DNA from: Takakia lepidozioides
Taxonomy: Eukaryota; Plantae; Bryophyta
NCBI GenBank assembly: GCA_030704615.1
Contig: CM060733.1
Coordinates: 47,058,001-47,122,000, forward strand
Length of the DNA stretch: 64,000 nucleotides
Direction: 5' to 3'
Made by a program: the position numbers and the translations under genes. Below the pieces are notes generated by a model. It searched no databases and was not told the DNA's origin. It saw only the letters and a list, made by a program, of their open reading frames with translations. Shown here piece by piece: positions 12,461 to 24,334 of the stretch; position 1 is the stretch's first letter, and each line of letters opens with the position of its first letter.

Positions 12461-15400
12461 TACAGAGATACCAAGGCACTACAGACCCAAGGTCTCTCAT
12501 ATACTGGATGCCCAAACGCGCATTGAAGTCCACTTCTGTTGGTGATTCGCTGAAGAGGCCACAACACCAAAGCTGGATAAACGATTCTTTCTGATGGATC
12601 GCAAAGTGATGGGCGGCGCAACGACCGCTTGCCTTGCAAAACTGTATAGCTCCGTTGATCTTAACTAACCTGTCACCCCACTCTTCTGTACTCAAACTCG
12701 ATATTGAGTCCTCGAGCTCAGAATCCAAGGTCGCAATTCCGTCACCAGGTTGTGCAAAGTACATCAGACTAAAGCCGTAATACTCATCGACCATGTCCTT
12801 CACCTTTGAGGCCGTAAGAGTACTTTCCAGAAGGTCAGTCGTGAACCCCAACCTGGGATGCGTTTGGGAAACTGACCTGCCATGATTTCTTACATCGTTG
12901 TGGGCCAGAATTCTCAAAAGGAGTGTTGGCGGTCCAATGTGCGGTTTGGTGAGATTCTCCATTTGACTGATCAATCCTTCCGCAAAATCGTGAGTGAATT
13001 CCAACGGATCTGGAACAACCAAACCTTCGATTCCATCTACAGTAATAAGTGATGACAAGAGGATTTGAAGTTCTGGCATCGTCAAGGTCGGTATTGCCAA
13101 CAACTGGTTTGTCCATCGTGTCATCATCATGTGAGGCTTGGCTCTCTCGATGGACATGCGTAAGTCTCCCACCTTTTTTCTTTTTCTGCTTTGGCATGTC
13201 AGGATGCCCAATGCTCTCCAAATACTCCTTCACCCGATTCAATTCCTCTATCATTAACGGACCATGATCCGGCTGGGCTGTAAACGCCTTGTGGGCAGCA
13301 ACAACACTGTCCATATCATCGCTTCTAAGATGATGTCGAGCTCCCTGCGCAATACAGTGTGAGGGGTTACACCAGAGAAAAGGGTTACAGCACGAGGGTT
13401 ACACATGAAAAATGGGTTATAAGGAAGGTGGGCTACACGGGGTTACACAGAGGTGGGTTACATGCCATAGGGATTTTTAAAAGGGGTCCTCTGTAGATGG
13501 GTTACACTCTGGGTTACACGCCACATGAGAGACATAGGGGGTAAAACAAAGGGTTACACGGATAGACAATAGCCCAAAATTTGAAAAACAGAGAAATGGC
13601 AGGGAATCTAACTTGATTGTCCGTCGATAGAACCCAACTTGATTTTGCAGCTGTCGCATGGACTGCGCCCTCGCCTCGCGCAACAAATTCTTGGAATGCC
13701 GGCCAAAACCCCTTGTCATTGACATCGGAAATGGGAACTGAGGAATAAGGCCATGCGGTAGCAAAAGGATTGAGCCTGGAGTTCGCTTTCGCAAGATGAA
13801 CCTTGAGCTCCGGTTTCCCCGATTTCCAAAGTTGATTTTCTTTGCAATAGGGACAGGTAGAGGCGGGCTCAATCGCCGCTTGTCTCTCTCGTTAGGAACT
13901 TGCCGAACAGAAGGACCAGGGACAGAAACAGCAGGAGCACGAAAAGATGGAACCTCTGTAGCAGAAGTAGCCGAAGAAGGTACAACAACATGCACTTCAA
14001 TAGGATCTGCAATCTCACCCAAAGCCACCCTATTTTTCAGAATCCATGCATGATATGCATCAACAGCAGAAGCTGGAACAAAATTCACCACATTTTCAAC
14101 AGCCATGGCATGCTTGAGCTCCGCATCAGGAAACGGTTTTGTTTCTTTCGGTCTGGCGATACATGCGGCCGTTCCATCGAGTTCTTATCTACCTTTACTT
14201 CCCCACAGTAAGGACATTTGAGACTTAGGCCGGCCCTTTGCTCCCTCCACCTTGGCCTCTCTACACCTGGTGTGGCAGTATGTGATCATTGTAGCATGCT
14301 CATGCTCAGTGTACCAGAAGCGAACTCGTTAGCCATCCCTCTTCAAGTGATCAAATGGAATAGTAGCCTCTCCAGGGAACAGATAACAATCAGCCATGTC
14401 AAAAGAAAAAGCTGACAGAAGAGAAGAGAAGAGCAAGATCAAGACAAGACCAAGAGAATTCCAAAGAACGCACAGCAGGGAGCACGCACATCAAGGAGTG
14501 CATGAAGAATAGGAAAGGGCTGCGAGAAGGGAAAAACTGAACAATGATCAAAGAACGAAGAACGAAGCTAGCTAGATGTCACCCATAAGGCACGTCGGTT
14601 AAGCAAAAGACGGCGGTTCATTAAAATCTGGCGGCTTGCAATCAACTATATCCGCACTCACTCACACGTGTATGAGTTGCAATCCCGGTGTCACCCGGAA
14701 TAGCGGAGTGTAACCCGTAACCCTACACTTGTGAGCGCAACAAACCAGCCGTTACCCGTATGCGAGACACGTCGAGTGTAACCCTCCGTCATGTACCCAC
14801 ATATGATGTAACCCTTCGTCACAACCTCATGTACCCCTAGTGACTCCCGAACACAACATCGATGTAACCCTGTCATATCAAACCATTAGTATGCAACCTC
14901 TAGATAAAAATGGTCGGTCAACGTAACGCCCCACCCATGTAACCCTAGCCTATGTGGCTCCGTGAGCGCAACATCCAGGTAACCCATCAAACATGTCAAC
15001 CCCATCTAAACCTCCATTACTAAACCGTCTACCAAACCACCATGTATTGAGAAAGAAAACACCGTATAACCCCCTGTGTGTAACCATAGCACACGTGACG
15101 CAGTCATATAAACCATCAGACATGTAACCGGTTGACAGTGCTTGCAGAACACGCAAGATTCGATACGTATTGCATCCAGAATAGCGATGAGTAAGCTGCC
15201 CCGGCTGGTGTGTGAACAAAAGATACACGAGAGGAGAGTGAATGGGCACCCCGTCAAATGAGCAGTTGCTTGCATGGCTAGACCGAAAGAAACAAAACCC
15301 TTTCCTAATGCGGATCTCAGGAATACCATAGCCATCGGGGACGGTGACAAAACAACAAGAATGACATTGAGAAAGAAAAAGGATAGAGACAACCGTATCA

Positions 15401-15689
15401 ATCGTACAGAAAACCGTAATAATAGATTTGCCGGATCGCTGCGAGGAAAGCGTTGTCTTGTATGTTGCTAGGAAGACGATACTGAACTGAATGAACTACA
15501 AATCTTTCGCATTGATGTGTGAAGCCGATTGGGCGCCACGGGAATTGCAGAAAGCTGATGCCCCAAAGCAAAAAAAATGAGCGAGCTAGGAATCTGCAAA
15601 ACGGATGGAGAGAGCAAATTAGGGTTTCGGCCTCCATTTCAACCTCCATTCGGCCGTTGGATAGTTTACACGTGTATGATGTACACGAG

Positions 15690-16740
15690 GCGGAGTTACA
15701 GAGGGTTACATGGAGTGAGGGTTACATAGGGGTGAGGGTGACACTCTGCGGTGTTACAGAGGGTTACATGGTGATGAGGGTTACACCTAATGAGGGTTAT
15801 AGAGGGTCACAGAGGGTTACATGGATCGAGGGTTACATGGGGGTGAGGGTGACACTTTGCGGTGTTATAGAGGGTTACATGGGTTACAAAGGGTTACATG
15901 GTGGTGAGGGTTACAGAGGGTTACATGGAGTGAGGGTTACATAGGGGTGAGGGTGACACTCTACGGTGTTACAGAGGGATACACGGGTTACGGAGGGTTA
16001 CATGGTGGTGAGGGTTACATCTGGTGAGGGTTATAGAGGGTTACATGGAGTGAGGGTTACATAGGGGTGAGGGTGACACTCTGCGGTGTTATAGAGGGAT
16101 ACATGGGTTATAGAGGGTGACATGGTGGTGACGGTTACACCTGGTGAGGGTTACAGAGGGTCACAGAGGGTTATATGGAGTGAGGGTTACATGGGGGTGA
16201 GGGTGACACTGTGCGGTGTTACAGAGGGTTACATGGTGATGAGGGTTACACCTGGTGAGGGTTATAGAGGGTTACATGGTGGTGAGGGTTACAGAGGGTC
16301 ACAGAGGGTTACATGGGGGTGAGGGTGACACTCTGCGGTGTTACAGAGGGTTACATGGTGGTGAGGGTTACAGAGGGTTACATGGAGTGAGGGTTACATA
16401 GGGGTGAGGGTGACACTCTGCGGTGTTACAGAGGGTTACATGGTGGTGAGGGTTACAGGGGGTTACAGGGGGTTACAGGTGAGGGTTACATATTGAGGGT
16501 TACAGGGGGTTACAGGTGAGGGTTACATATTGAGGGTTACAGAGGGTCATGGGGTTACATGGATTAAGAGGGTCACAGAGGATTACATGGGTTGCAAAGT
16601 TTTATAGAGGGTTACATGGAGTGATGGTTACATAGGGGTGGGGGTGACACTCTGCGGTGTTACAGAGGGTTACACCTGGTGAGGGTTACATGTGTTGCAT
16701 AGGGTTGCAGAGGGTTACATGGGTTTACATGGTGGTTAGT
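15690..16740 (+). repeat. Right subterminal GAGGGTTACA satellite with a ~85-130 bp higher-order unit
   Basis: The block GGGTGACACTCTGCGGTGTTACA recurs about 8 times, embedded in GAGGGTTACA(T/G) monomers. Confidence 0.92.
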
Positions 16741-17741
16741 GGTTATTGGCGGACTGGTGTCGCAGAACAACGATGCAGGCGGCGACGACGCCGATGGGAT
16801 GAGAGCGGGGTTGGGGAGGGATTGACCGAGCCCAGCCGGTTGCCTTTCGATGGCTGCCGGAGACGGAGAACCGGTGGTACGGGGTGTCAGGGCTGGACCG
16901 TCCTGACGCGCTCGCATTAAGTTCTTACATTATTCCTATTATCTTCCTTATATATATATATATAGTGAAACTGTGGTAGTCGTGAAAACCCTAGTGTGTT
17001 GTAGTGTTTGTAATGTGGATGTTTAGAAACAAAAATGCTTAGAGTTGTTTGAGTAGGATCATAGCAGAATAATCTCAACATCCGAATGTTGAGATCACCA
17101 CACTTAGAACTATACCTGGCATACGAATCATTGAACTAAGGAGCAGTTAAGTAGGGTTTGTAGCAGAAGCCAGTCAAGACTCTGAGAATTATCAAGCTAT
17201 TCTCACTAAGGAAAACACCCTATCTATGTAAATGATACCCAAGTTCACTAAGCCATGAAGCCTTGCTTTGCTTTGCAAGGAAGGGTTGTGCACAACCAAT
17301 CCACCATGATTCCATTCGCAACAAGCCATGTCTATCGATTATGAATGGCATGAGCACTTAGAGTATTCCAATGCCTCCTATCTAGAATCTCTATCAAGAT
17401 TGGCTAAGGCATAGGTGCATAAATCCGTTCAACAAATACTCTACGAAAAACCAAAAGTATAATATCCAAAAAAACATTGATAAGAGAATTTTGTTCCTAA
17501 AATTTCCATCATCACACTAGGCATTTCATTTTATTTATTGTAATCACACAGATATATAAATTTTCCTACATTCAATCTCTTAGAAGCATAACGGCTTATT
17601 AAAAGTGGGTTAATTTTTCCATTCCTCCATAAAGATCTGAATTCAAACATAAGATGTCCACACAACTGCACAATCAGTCTTGATATGCATGTATACATTT
17701 AGATCCACAAAGTCTTGATGTAGTAGCAACTGCATTTATGA

Positions 17742-18197
17742 TTAGTGAGTGGCCGGAGGACCGGTTTGCCAACAAAGCATATTTGTATTCCAAGTTTTAA
17801 TAATAACGTTGCCGTCATCTTGCACATGGAGTAGGCACGCGTCCGCAACCACACACTCGTTATTTGGTAGACCACTATTCCATACGACTGTGCCCGATCC
17901 ATTTATGACCTGCATGAAGCAAGTAGCATCGAGAGATAAGAAGCAATTTACACCTTGTCCCCATGTTCCGGTGTTCCATCCGGGGTAGACATCATCGTAA
18001 AACACCAAATTGCAGTCATCTTGCATAACAAAGGAATAAGTCCCATTGTCGCTTTGGAGATATTCTCCAGCATGTAGTAGCCCTCCATTCGGCAAGAAGC
18101 TGGGTGGATTTAAAGCTTTTACAAATGATACAACTGCAAATGAAGCCAACGCCGCTAATAGTATAATTTTAGATTTGCTCATACCCAAACCGCTCAT
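17742..18197 (-). CDS. Secreted GNA-related (bulb-type, B-lectin) mannose-binding lectin
   Basis: ATG at 18197, hydrophobic signal peptide, L..GE.L.S.NG.Y.FVMQDDCNLVFY (QxDxNxVxY), VVWNS and LHVQDDGNVII; single exon. Confidence 0.9.
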   Translation of the reverse strand: MSGLGMSKSKIILLAALASFAVVSFVKALNPPSFLPNGGLLHAGEYLQSDNGTYSFVMQDDCNLVFYDDVYPGWNTGTWGQGVNCFLSLDATCFMQVINGSGTVVWNSGLPNNECVVADACLLHVQDDGNVIIKTWNTNMLCWQTGPPATH

Positions 18198-18326
18198 CTT
18201 ATTTGTCTTTGATGGATTGCAATTGTGGATGGATGTTTTTCCTGACTTTTGTAGCAATCTAGGTTATAACTTGCTCCAACAGGCTTTGATTGGGTGGATA
18301 CATACAACTGAGGTGTATGTGTGTTG

Positions 18327-18334
18327 AATTTATA
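18327..18334 (-). promoter_or_regulatory. Candidate TATA box for the lectin gene
   Basis: TATAAAT on the minus strand ~130 bp upstream of the ATG. Confidence 0.3.
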
Positions 18335-18369
18335 GTTGAGAAGTACTGTGGAATGTGTAAGAGGGGCGA

Positions 18370-18565
18370 CACCCTCAAGGGGATCTTTTGATTTATTGGA
18401 CCATGCGGATGATGTCACCCTCAAGGAGATTTTGGATTTATTGAGCCTTGCGGTAGAGCCGGACCAAAAGATGATGTCAAGGTAGGGTTTTGAAGCTTGG
18501 AGATTTTTGGATTTATTGAGCCATGGGTAGAGCCCAACCATAAGATGATGCAATGTAGGCTTCGA
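18370..18565. repeat. Short degenerate tandem repeat (about 3 copies)
   Basis: GATTTATTG(A/G)..C...GATGATG at ~18390, 18437 and 18510. Confidence 0.6.
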
Positions 18566-18569
18566 AATG

Positions 18570-18690
18570 AGGGAAGTGGAAATGCTTATTGCAAAGAATC
18601 TAGATGTTTTCAGTTTGGGATCCACTGATCTAGGACGCACTCCTATTCTCCAACATGACATTGTCACTGAAAACTCAAAACAACATGAAA
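18570..18690 (+). mobile_element. Ty3/gypsy pol fragment (protease-RT linker)
   Basis: LIAKNLDVFSLGSTDLGRTPILQHDIVT matches the DVF...DLG.T....H.I.T pattern. Confidence 0.6.
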
Positions 18691-18889
18691 TTGACCCGAA
18701 CAGGTTCACTTCACAAAACTGGCAGTCAATCACAAGAATTGGAAGATTTGACTTTATCATGTAATTGATTTGTATTTGTGCTTCAGTATTTGTCTGCGGT
18801 GGTCAAGGTTTTCAATTCAATGTCAATGAATATAGCTTGAATATCAAGAAGGTAGTTCACATCCTATTTATCAACGTGACATTGGTTGC

Positions 18890-19430
18890 GTCAGTGTCGG
18901 TCACGACAATTTTTTTTTTTTATTTTATTTATTTTATGTTGTTTTATTTTGTTTGACGGTCACTTGTATTTCATAAAAATAGGGTAGAAACAAATGACCG
19001 CTGCGTGTATGTCATGTTAAATCAACTAAAAGCGACTGTCTCATTTCGGTGGTCACTTTTATTTATTTATTTTAACAGCGGTCATTTGCTTATATTTCAT
19101 AATGACACAAATAAAAAACAAGTGACCACTTTAAATATCGGGCAGTTTCGGCGGTCGCTTGTATTTAAGAAAAACTTATTAATACTTGCTTTGAAAAGAA
19201 CAAACGAAAAAGACGACCGCTGAAATGCGGCGGTCAATTATATTTAAACAAAATATGAAATTCTTGGCAGTTGTTTGCATTTGTTTCAAAGATACATACA
19301 TGCATTTGCCGAATTCAGGCGGTTGCTAGTATTTGCTTTAAACATAAATGCATGCCGCTGAATTTGAGCGGTTGTTTATATTAAAATTTTGAAACTTATC
19401 CACGCGGCCTCTAAAATCTGACGGTCATAT
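18890..19430. repeat. AT-rich array of GACCGC/GCGGTC half-sites, probably a non-autonomous DNA TE
   Basis: Repeated gaccgc...gcggtc pairs; a more degenerate version of 21400-22390. Confidence 0.5.
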
Positions 19431-19599
19431 TTCTGGAAAAATAATTATTTACAATGTAAAATAAGCATATATCCACATGTGTTGTACACCGTGGCTACCA
19501 CGTCATTAAAAAATAGTAGAAGTTAAACATTGGCACCTCATCTGGTCGAAAAACACATTCAAGAATCACGTTGCAAAAAAAAGAAATTTTTTGAAACAC

Positions 19600-21000
19600 T
19601 ATATTGTTTCATAATTTGGGTTGACGGGGCTGCAAAACATGACATACACATTTTTGGCAGTCCCCAACCAAAAAAAGACAAAACAAACAAAACAAATAAA
19701 CTATTTTTCTTTTGTTGGAGTAGACATGGCTACAAAACAAATATGCGTTGGCAGACACTTCATTTTCATCCCTAGTCAATACTTAAACATGAGTTTAAAA
19801 ACAATGTGTTCACATGAGTTGAAAATAAAATAAAAAAAATAATTTGGGTTTACAGGGTTGCAAAACATGGCATGTACATGTTTTGTCGGTCCCCCCCCCC
19901 AGAAAAAAAATAGCAATATAGTATTATGTGGTTTGGGGGGGTTGAGGGGGTTCGACGCACACATGTTCTGCAACCCTAAATTTTTTGGAAAAAACCAAAA
20001 CCAAAAATTCTATTTTTATTTTTATTTTTGGGTGGACGAACACATGATTTACAACCCCCCAAAACATCAAAATAAAGAATTAATTTTGGGAGTTGAGGGG
20101 ACTGCAAAACATTGTCTGTTGACTCACACATGTTTTGCAGCCCCCAAAACAAAACAATATATTGGTATATGTATTTATTATTATTATTTTTTTTGGGGGG
20201 GGGGTGTATGAGGGGGTCAACGCACACATGTTCTGCAGCCCTAAAAAAAATTAGAAAAACCAAAACGAAAACTCTATTTTTATTTATCTACAACCTCCAA
20301 AACATGAAAACTAAGACCAAAGAAACGTTGTTTTTTTACTTTCTGTTTTAATTTTGGGTTGAAAGGGCTGCAAAACATGTGTGCATTTTTTGGGGTTGAT
20401 TGATCGAGGTGCAAAGCATGCCCAAACAAAAAGTTTGTTTTCATTTACTTTAATTTATCTAATTAATTAAGAATGAGTAACAATGAGTTCAAATGAGTTG
20501 AAAACAAAAGAATAAAACACTATATTATTACAAAACTAGGGTTGATAGGGTTGCAGAACATCACACACACATGTTTTGCAGCCTCCCCCCCTAAAAAAAA
20601 AACAAAAACAAAACATTGTTTTGTTTTTTCCTTGGGCGGGGGGGAGGGGGGGGTTGAGGGCGTCGAAGCACACATGTTCTGCAGCCCAAAAAAAACGATA
20701 AAACCAGAAACAAAAACACTATTTTTGTTTTCTTTTTCGGTTGACGCACACACGATTTACAACCGCTCTGTCTGTTGACGCATACATGTTTTGTAGTCCC
20801 AAAAGAAACCAATTTTTTCTTAAAAAAAACTTCCCGGGTTGAGTGGGCTGCAAAACACGTGTTTTTTGGGGGCGATTGACAGAGGTGCAAAGCACACCCA
20901 AAAAAAAGAAAAAAGAAATCATATATTTTTATTTAATTGTTTATTTATGTTCTAAATATTTTTCTTTTCGTGGTTTGGATGAGGGCACGAAAGATGCACA
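19600..21000. repeat. Array of GGGCTGCAAAACATG / CATGTTTTGCAGCCC inverted motifs with an internal ~690 bp duplication
   Basis: Many copies in both orientations separated by A/T/G/C homopolymers; 19790-20000 resembles 20470-20700. Confidence 0.75.
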
Positions 21001-21399
21001 TTTGTCTTTTAGACAACAAAAGAGAAAAAGAAACATATTTCTTGAATTTTTCTTTTTGGTGGTTTTGACTAGGGCCAGAAAACAAGTTTGCTTGAACATG
21101 TCTGCTACGAATATCACACTAGTTGAACAAAATTCAACAAGCACAGTTGCAGCCAAATTGATTTTAATGTCGTTGACGAAAACGAGGTTAAGCAGGCTCA
21201 CACCAGCGCCCGGTTATCAGCGTCACGTCACGTCCGTCAGCGTCAGGTCATGTCAGACCTAACGCTGAGAGGACCTCCGTCACGTCAGGTTCGGGGAATA
21301 TTCTGGTAAAAATAGGACCAGGTAAAATACTGCCACTTAAGCAACCACGTCGTCGACACGGTGGCGGTGGCAAATATATTTTGAAAATTAACAAAATGG

Positions 21400-22390
21400 A
21401 CACGACCGCCAATTATGGCGGTCGCTTTGTTTTTCGAAATTAAAAAAAAAAACGACCGCCGTATTGGCGGTCGCTTCAATTTAAGAAAAAAAAAACCAAG
21501 ATTGGTGGTCGCATTGGTGGTCGCTTTATTTTTCGAAATTAAAAAAGAAATAGTGACCGTCATATTGGCGATCGCTTCAATTCATTTTTAAACAAAAGCA
21601 AGATTGGCGGTCGCCTAATTTAAAAAAGAAAACAAGCGACTGCCGTATTGGCGGTCGCACAATTTTGCAAATATATACAGAACAAGCGACCGCCATATGG
21701 CGGTCGGATAACTTCGGAAAAAAAAAAAAAAAAAAAACAAGCGACCGCCATTTTGGCGGTCGTTTAATTTCAAAAATATATAGAAAAACAAACGACTGCC
21801 ATATGGCGGTCGGTAAATTTAAAATTATACAAAAAAACAAGCAACAGATGAAAATAAGACCGCCACATCGGTGGTCGCTTAATTTAAAATTATACAATAT
21901 TTGCGACCACCAAACCAGCGGTCGTTTTAATGTAATAATATATAAAATAAAAGCGACCGCCAGCCTGGAGATCTCTTAAACTTGAAAATATTAAGATTAA
22001 AAGCGACCGTCTTACTGGCGGTCGCGTTTTTTTAAAATATTAAGAATAAAAATGGCGGTCGTTTTTTTTAAAAAAAATATTAAGAATAAAAGCGACCATC
22101 ATATTGGCGGTCGCTTTATTTAAAAAATATAAACAAATAAAACGACCGCCATATCGGCAGTCACATTATATTTTGAAATAAAAATTAATAGCGACCGTCA
22201 TACGGGCGGTCGCTTAAATTTAAAAATATACAAAATAGAAGTGACTGCAATATTGCACAAAATGAAAGGAAATAAAAACGACCGCAATAGTGGCGGTCGC
22301 TTATTTTTCATAAAAAATAAAAATAGCGACCGCAGTATTAGTGGTCGCTTAATTTCAAAATTATAGTTGTACCGCCATTTTCGGGTGGGC
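21400..22390. repeat. Periodic palindrome array AAGCGACCGCC-N4-5-GGCGGTCGCTT with A-rich spacers
   Basis: About 20 units at ~45-55 bp spacing, counted by eye. Confidence 0.88.
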
Positions 22391-22754
22391 GTTGATTTAT
22401 TCATTTCACTTTCATTTCACCACCAAAGCCACTTCAGCAGATTGTGTATAAGCTCAACACTACAACCCACATCGATCCATTTGGGTTGCTAACAAGTGTA
22501 GAAGTGTTGGGCTATCGCATTGCACTCTACATTCACAACACGTTCATTTATAGGTGACTGTTTTTTGTTGCTTATATCGCTATGGCCTAGGGGAGTGGAT
22601 ATTGGGTGAAGATGAGGGGGAATTGGTATACGGCAATCCCAAATACTGTCAGTGCCACTGGTAATGTTTAGTGCAACCTATGTGGATTAAAGCTTTCTTA
22701 TCGTAAGGATCGGTTGCTCGCTCACCTCAGATTGATGCTTCTGTGAAAGGTTTT

Positions 22755-22935
22755 CTAGATGAAGTCTGGAAAGTCTGAACCACATGTTTGTATAACTAAG
22801 ATTCCTTTGAACAATGGTCTGTTTGTAACAGAACTCCAACCATCGACACATATAGTGCTTCCATATTTTCTGATGCACTCGCCTGTCCTATCGTTGACCT
22901 TTTGGGTAAGCTCGGTCATGGCGTCTTCTAGAAGA
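22755..22935 (-). pseudogene. hAT transposase remnant (DUF659 region)
   Basis: Manual translation LLEDAMTELTQKVNDRTGECIRKYGSTICVDGWSSVTNRPL matches G.TI..DGW.....RPL. Confidence 0.75.
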
Positions 22936-23397
22936 TGGAGTGTTCTGCTCGGAGGTCATGTCCAGATCCAAAGACATTGGAATATTGCCTCCACACTGGG
23001 CAAAATGGCTTTTTACCTGCATAGATGCTTTAGGGCATAAACCCACCCCAACGCTCTTCACACGTTATATGCCAACAATTAGACCCCAACCAAGTCAAGG
23101 CCAGTGTTGGGTGGGTACATCATTCAGGATATAATCTTCAGGCTTGGACTTGTCAATATGAAAACACATTAAAAACTCGCGTAGCCAGGAAACAAAGATT
23201 TTTGTTGGTCGCCGAATATGCATAATTTGTACTTATTTTTTCTTTGCTGGACATGGATACTTAAAAAAGTCTTCTTATTGTAGAAGCCCATTGTGGATTT
23301 ATATATATATAACACTCCAACTTTCTTTTGTCATTTTATCTTTTAAAAAATAAACTCATTTCGTCTCGAGTGCCTTCTCGTGGCCTACCGTTCCGAC

Positions 23398-23625
23398 CAG
23401 TGTTGGACCGGTATCATCAACATCTCATACCAGCCAGGGTATGGTATTGTCGGTGAAGAGGCCTCTTTCATACCTGACAGGTAATGGTATCAATGTAGGT
23501 ATTAAGCTTTTAATGTACCAGTTTGGTATGTATATTGTTTTTGTTTGGCCTGGTATGGTATGGTATCAATATTTCAAATTTCAAATCTTATACTAGGGGT
23601 ATATCAATACTGGTATCAATACAAT
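23398..23625. repeat. GGTAT/ATACC motif cluster beginning CAGTGTTGG; possible hAT end
   Basis: Numerous ggtat/atacc copies; a CAGTGTT start is typical of hAT TIRs; partner end not seen. Confidence 0.4.
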
Positions 23626-23834
23626 TATTTTATTTTATTTATTTATTTATAAACTGAAAAATAAAAATTTGTCCAAATTATACCGCTGAGGTGATCACCT
23701 CAGCGGCTAAGTGCCGCAATTCATAATAACAAGGAGTTGGATCTCACCTTAGGTAATTTGAGGTCACCTTATAAGAGCCATATTACAGGCTGATAAATGA
23801 GACAATGCTCCAAGCCTAAGCAGATTTTTGAATG

Positions 23835-24334
23835 NNNNNNNNNNNNNNNNNNNNNNNNNNNNNNNNNNNNNNNNNNNNNNNNNNNNNNNNNNNNNNNNNN
23901 NNNNNNNNNNNNNNNNNNNNNNNNNNNNNNNNNNNNNNNNNNNNNNNNNNNNNNNNNNNNNNNNNNNNNNNNNNNNNNNNNNNNNNNNNNNNNNNNNNNN
24001 NNNNNNNNNNNNNNNNNNNNNNNNNNNNNNNNNNNNNNNNNNNNNNNNNNNNNNNNNNNNNNNNNNNNNNNNNNNNNNNNNNNNNNNNNNNNNNNNNNNN
24101 NNNNNNNNNNNNNNNNNNNNNNNNNNNNNNNNNNNNNNNNNNNNNNNNNNNNNNNNNNNNNNNNNNNNNNNNNNNNNNNNNNNNNNNNNNNNNNNNNNNN
24201 NNNNNNNNNNNNNNNNNNNNNNNNNNNNNNNNNNNNNNNNNNNNNNNNNNNNNNNNNNNNNNNNNNNNNNNNNNNNNNNNNNNNNNNNNNNNNNNNNNNN
24301 NNNNNNNNNNNNNNNNNNNNNNNNNNNNNNNNNN
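23835..24334. other. Assembly gap (500 N)
   Basis: N run. Confidence 1.

Larger units (their letters stand above)
8889..14340 (-). pseudogene. Multi-exon MULE accessory protein with acidic repeat linker and C-terminal Ulp1/C48 SUMO-protease-like domain
   Basis: Approximate exons 14340-13610, 13345-12463, 12095-10030, 9933-9533, 9308-8889. The C-terminus, assembled across frameshifts, reads GDAFLTSTPLQFYL...VVIPIV(F)..DHWSVAVL..HLDS...VPQQWSCWECGYY...KWPKK*, giving His-Asp-Gln-Cys in C48 order. Several frameshifts and stops. Confidence 0.75.
4287..16948. mobile_element. Large Mutator-like element (MULE) with transposase plus convergent Ulp1-domain accessory gene; left end in gap
   Basis: Contains a MULE/SWIM transposase (+) and a Ulp1-like gene (-). 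The TGTAACCC array on the left and GGGTTACA array on the right are inverted relative to each other. The motif stops at ~16740, followed by a GC-rich stretch, a hairpin (16887-16906) and (TA)n. The right boundary is approximate. Confidence 0.8.

Noticed and set aside
15519-16322. ORFs rich in RVT/EGY/GLH (also 6067-6465, 8101-8517)
   Set aside because: Translations of motif arrays in introns or termini with no start context.
15690-16740. Interstitial telomere
   Set aside because: Not tandem TTTAGGG/TTAGGG; the unit is GAGGGTTACA and occurs throughout one transposon.
17742-18257. Lectin start at 18257
   Set aside because: Non-ATG start; the ATG at 18197 (or 18182) precedes the signal peptide.
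21400-22390. CRISPR array
   Set aside because: Eukaryotic context, no cas genes, degenerate repeats, and low-complexity A-rich spacers that resemble each other.
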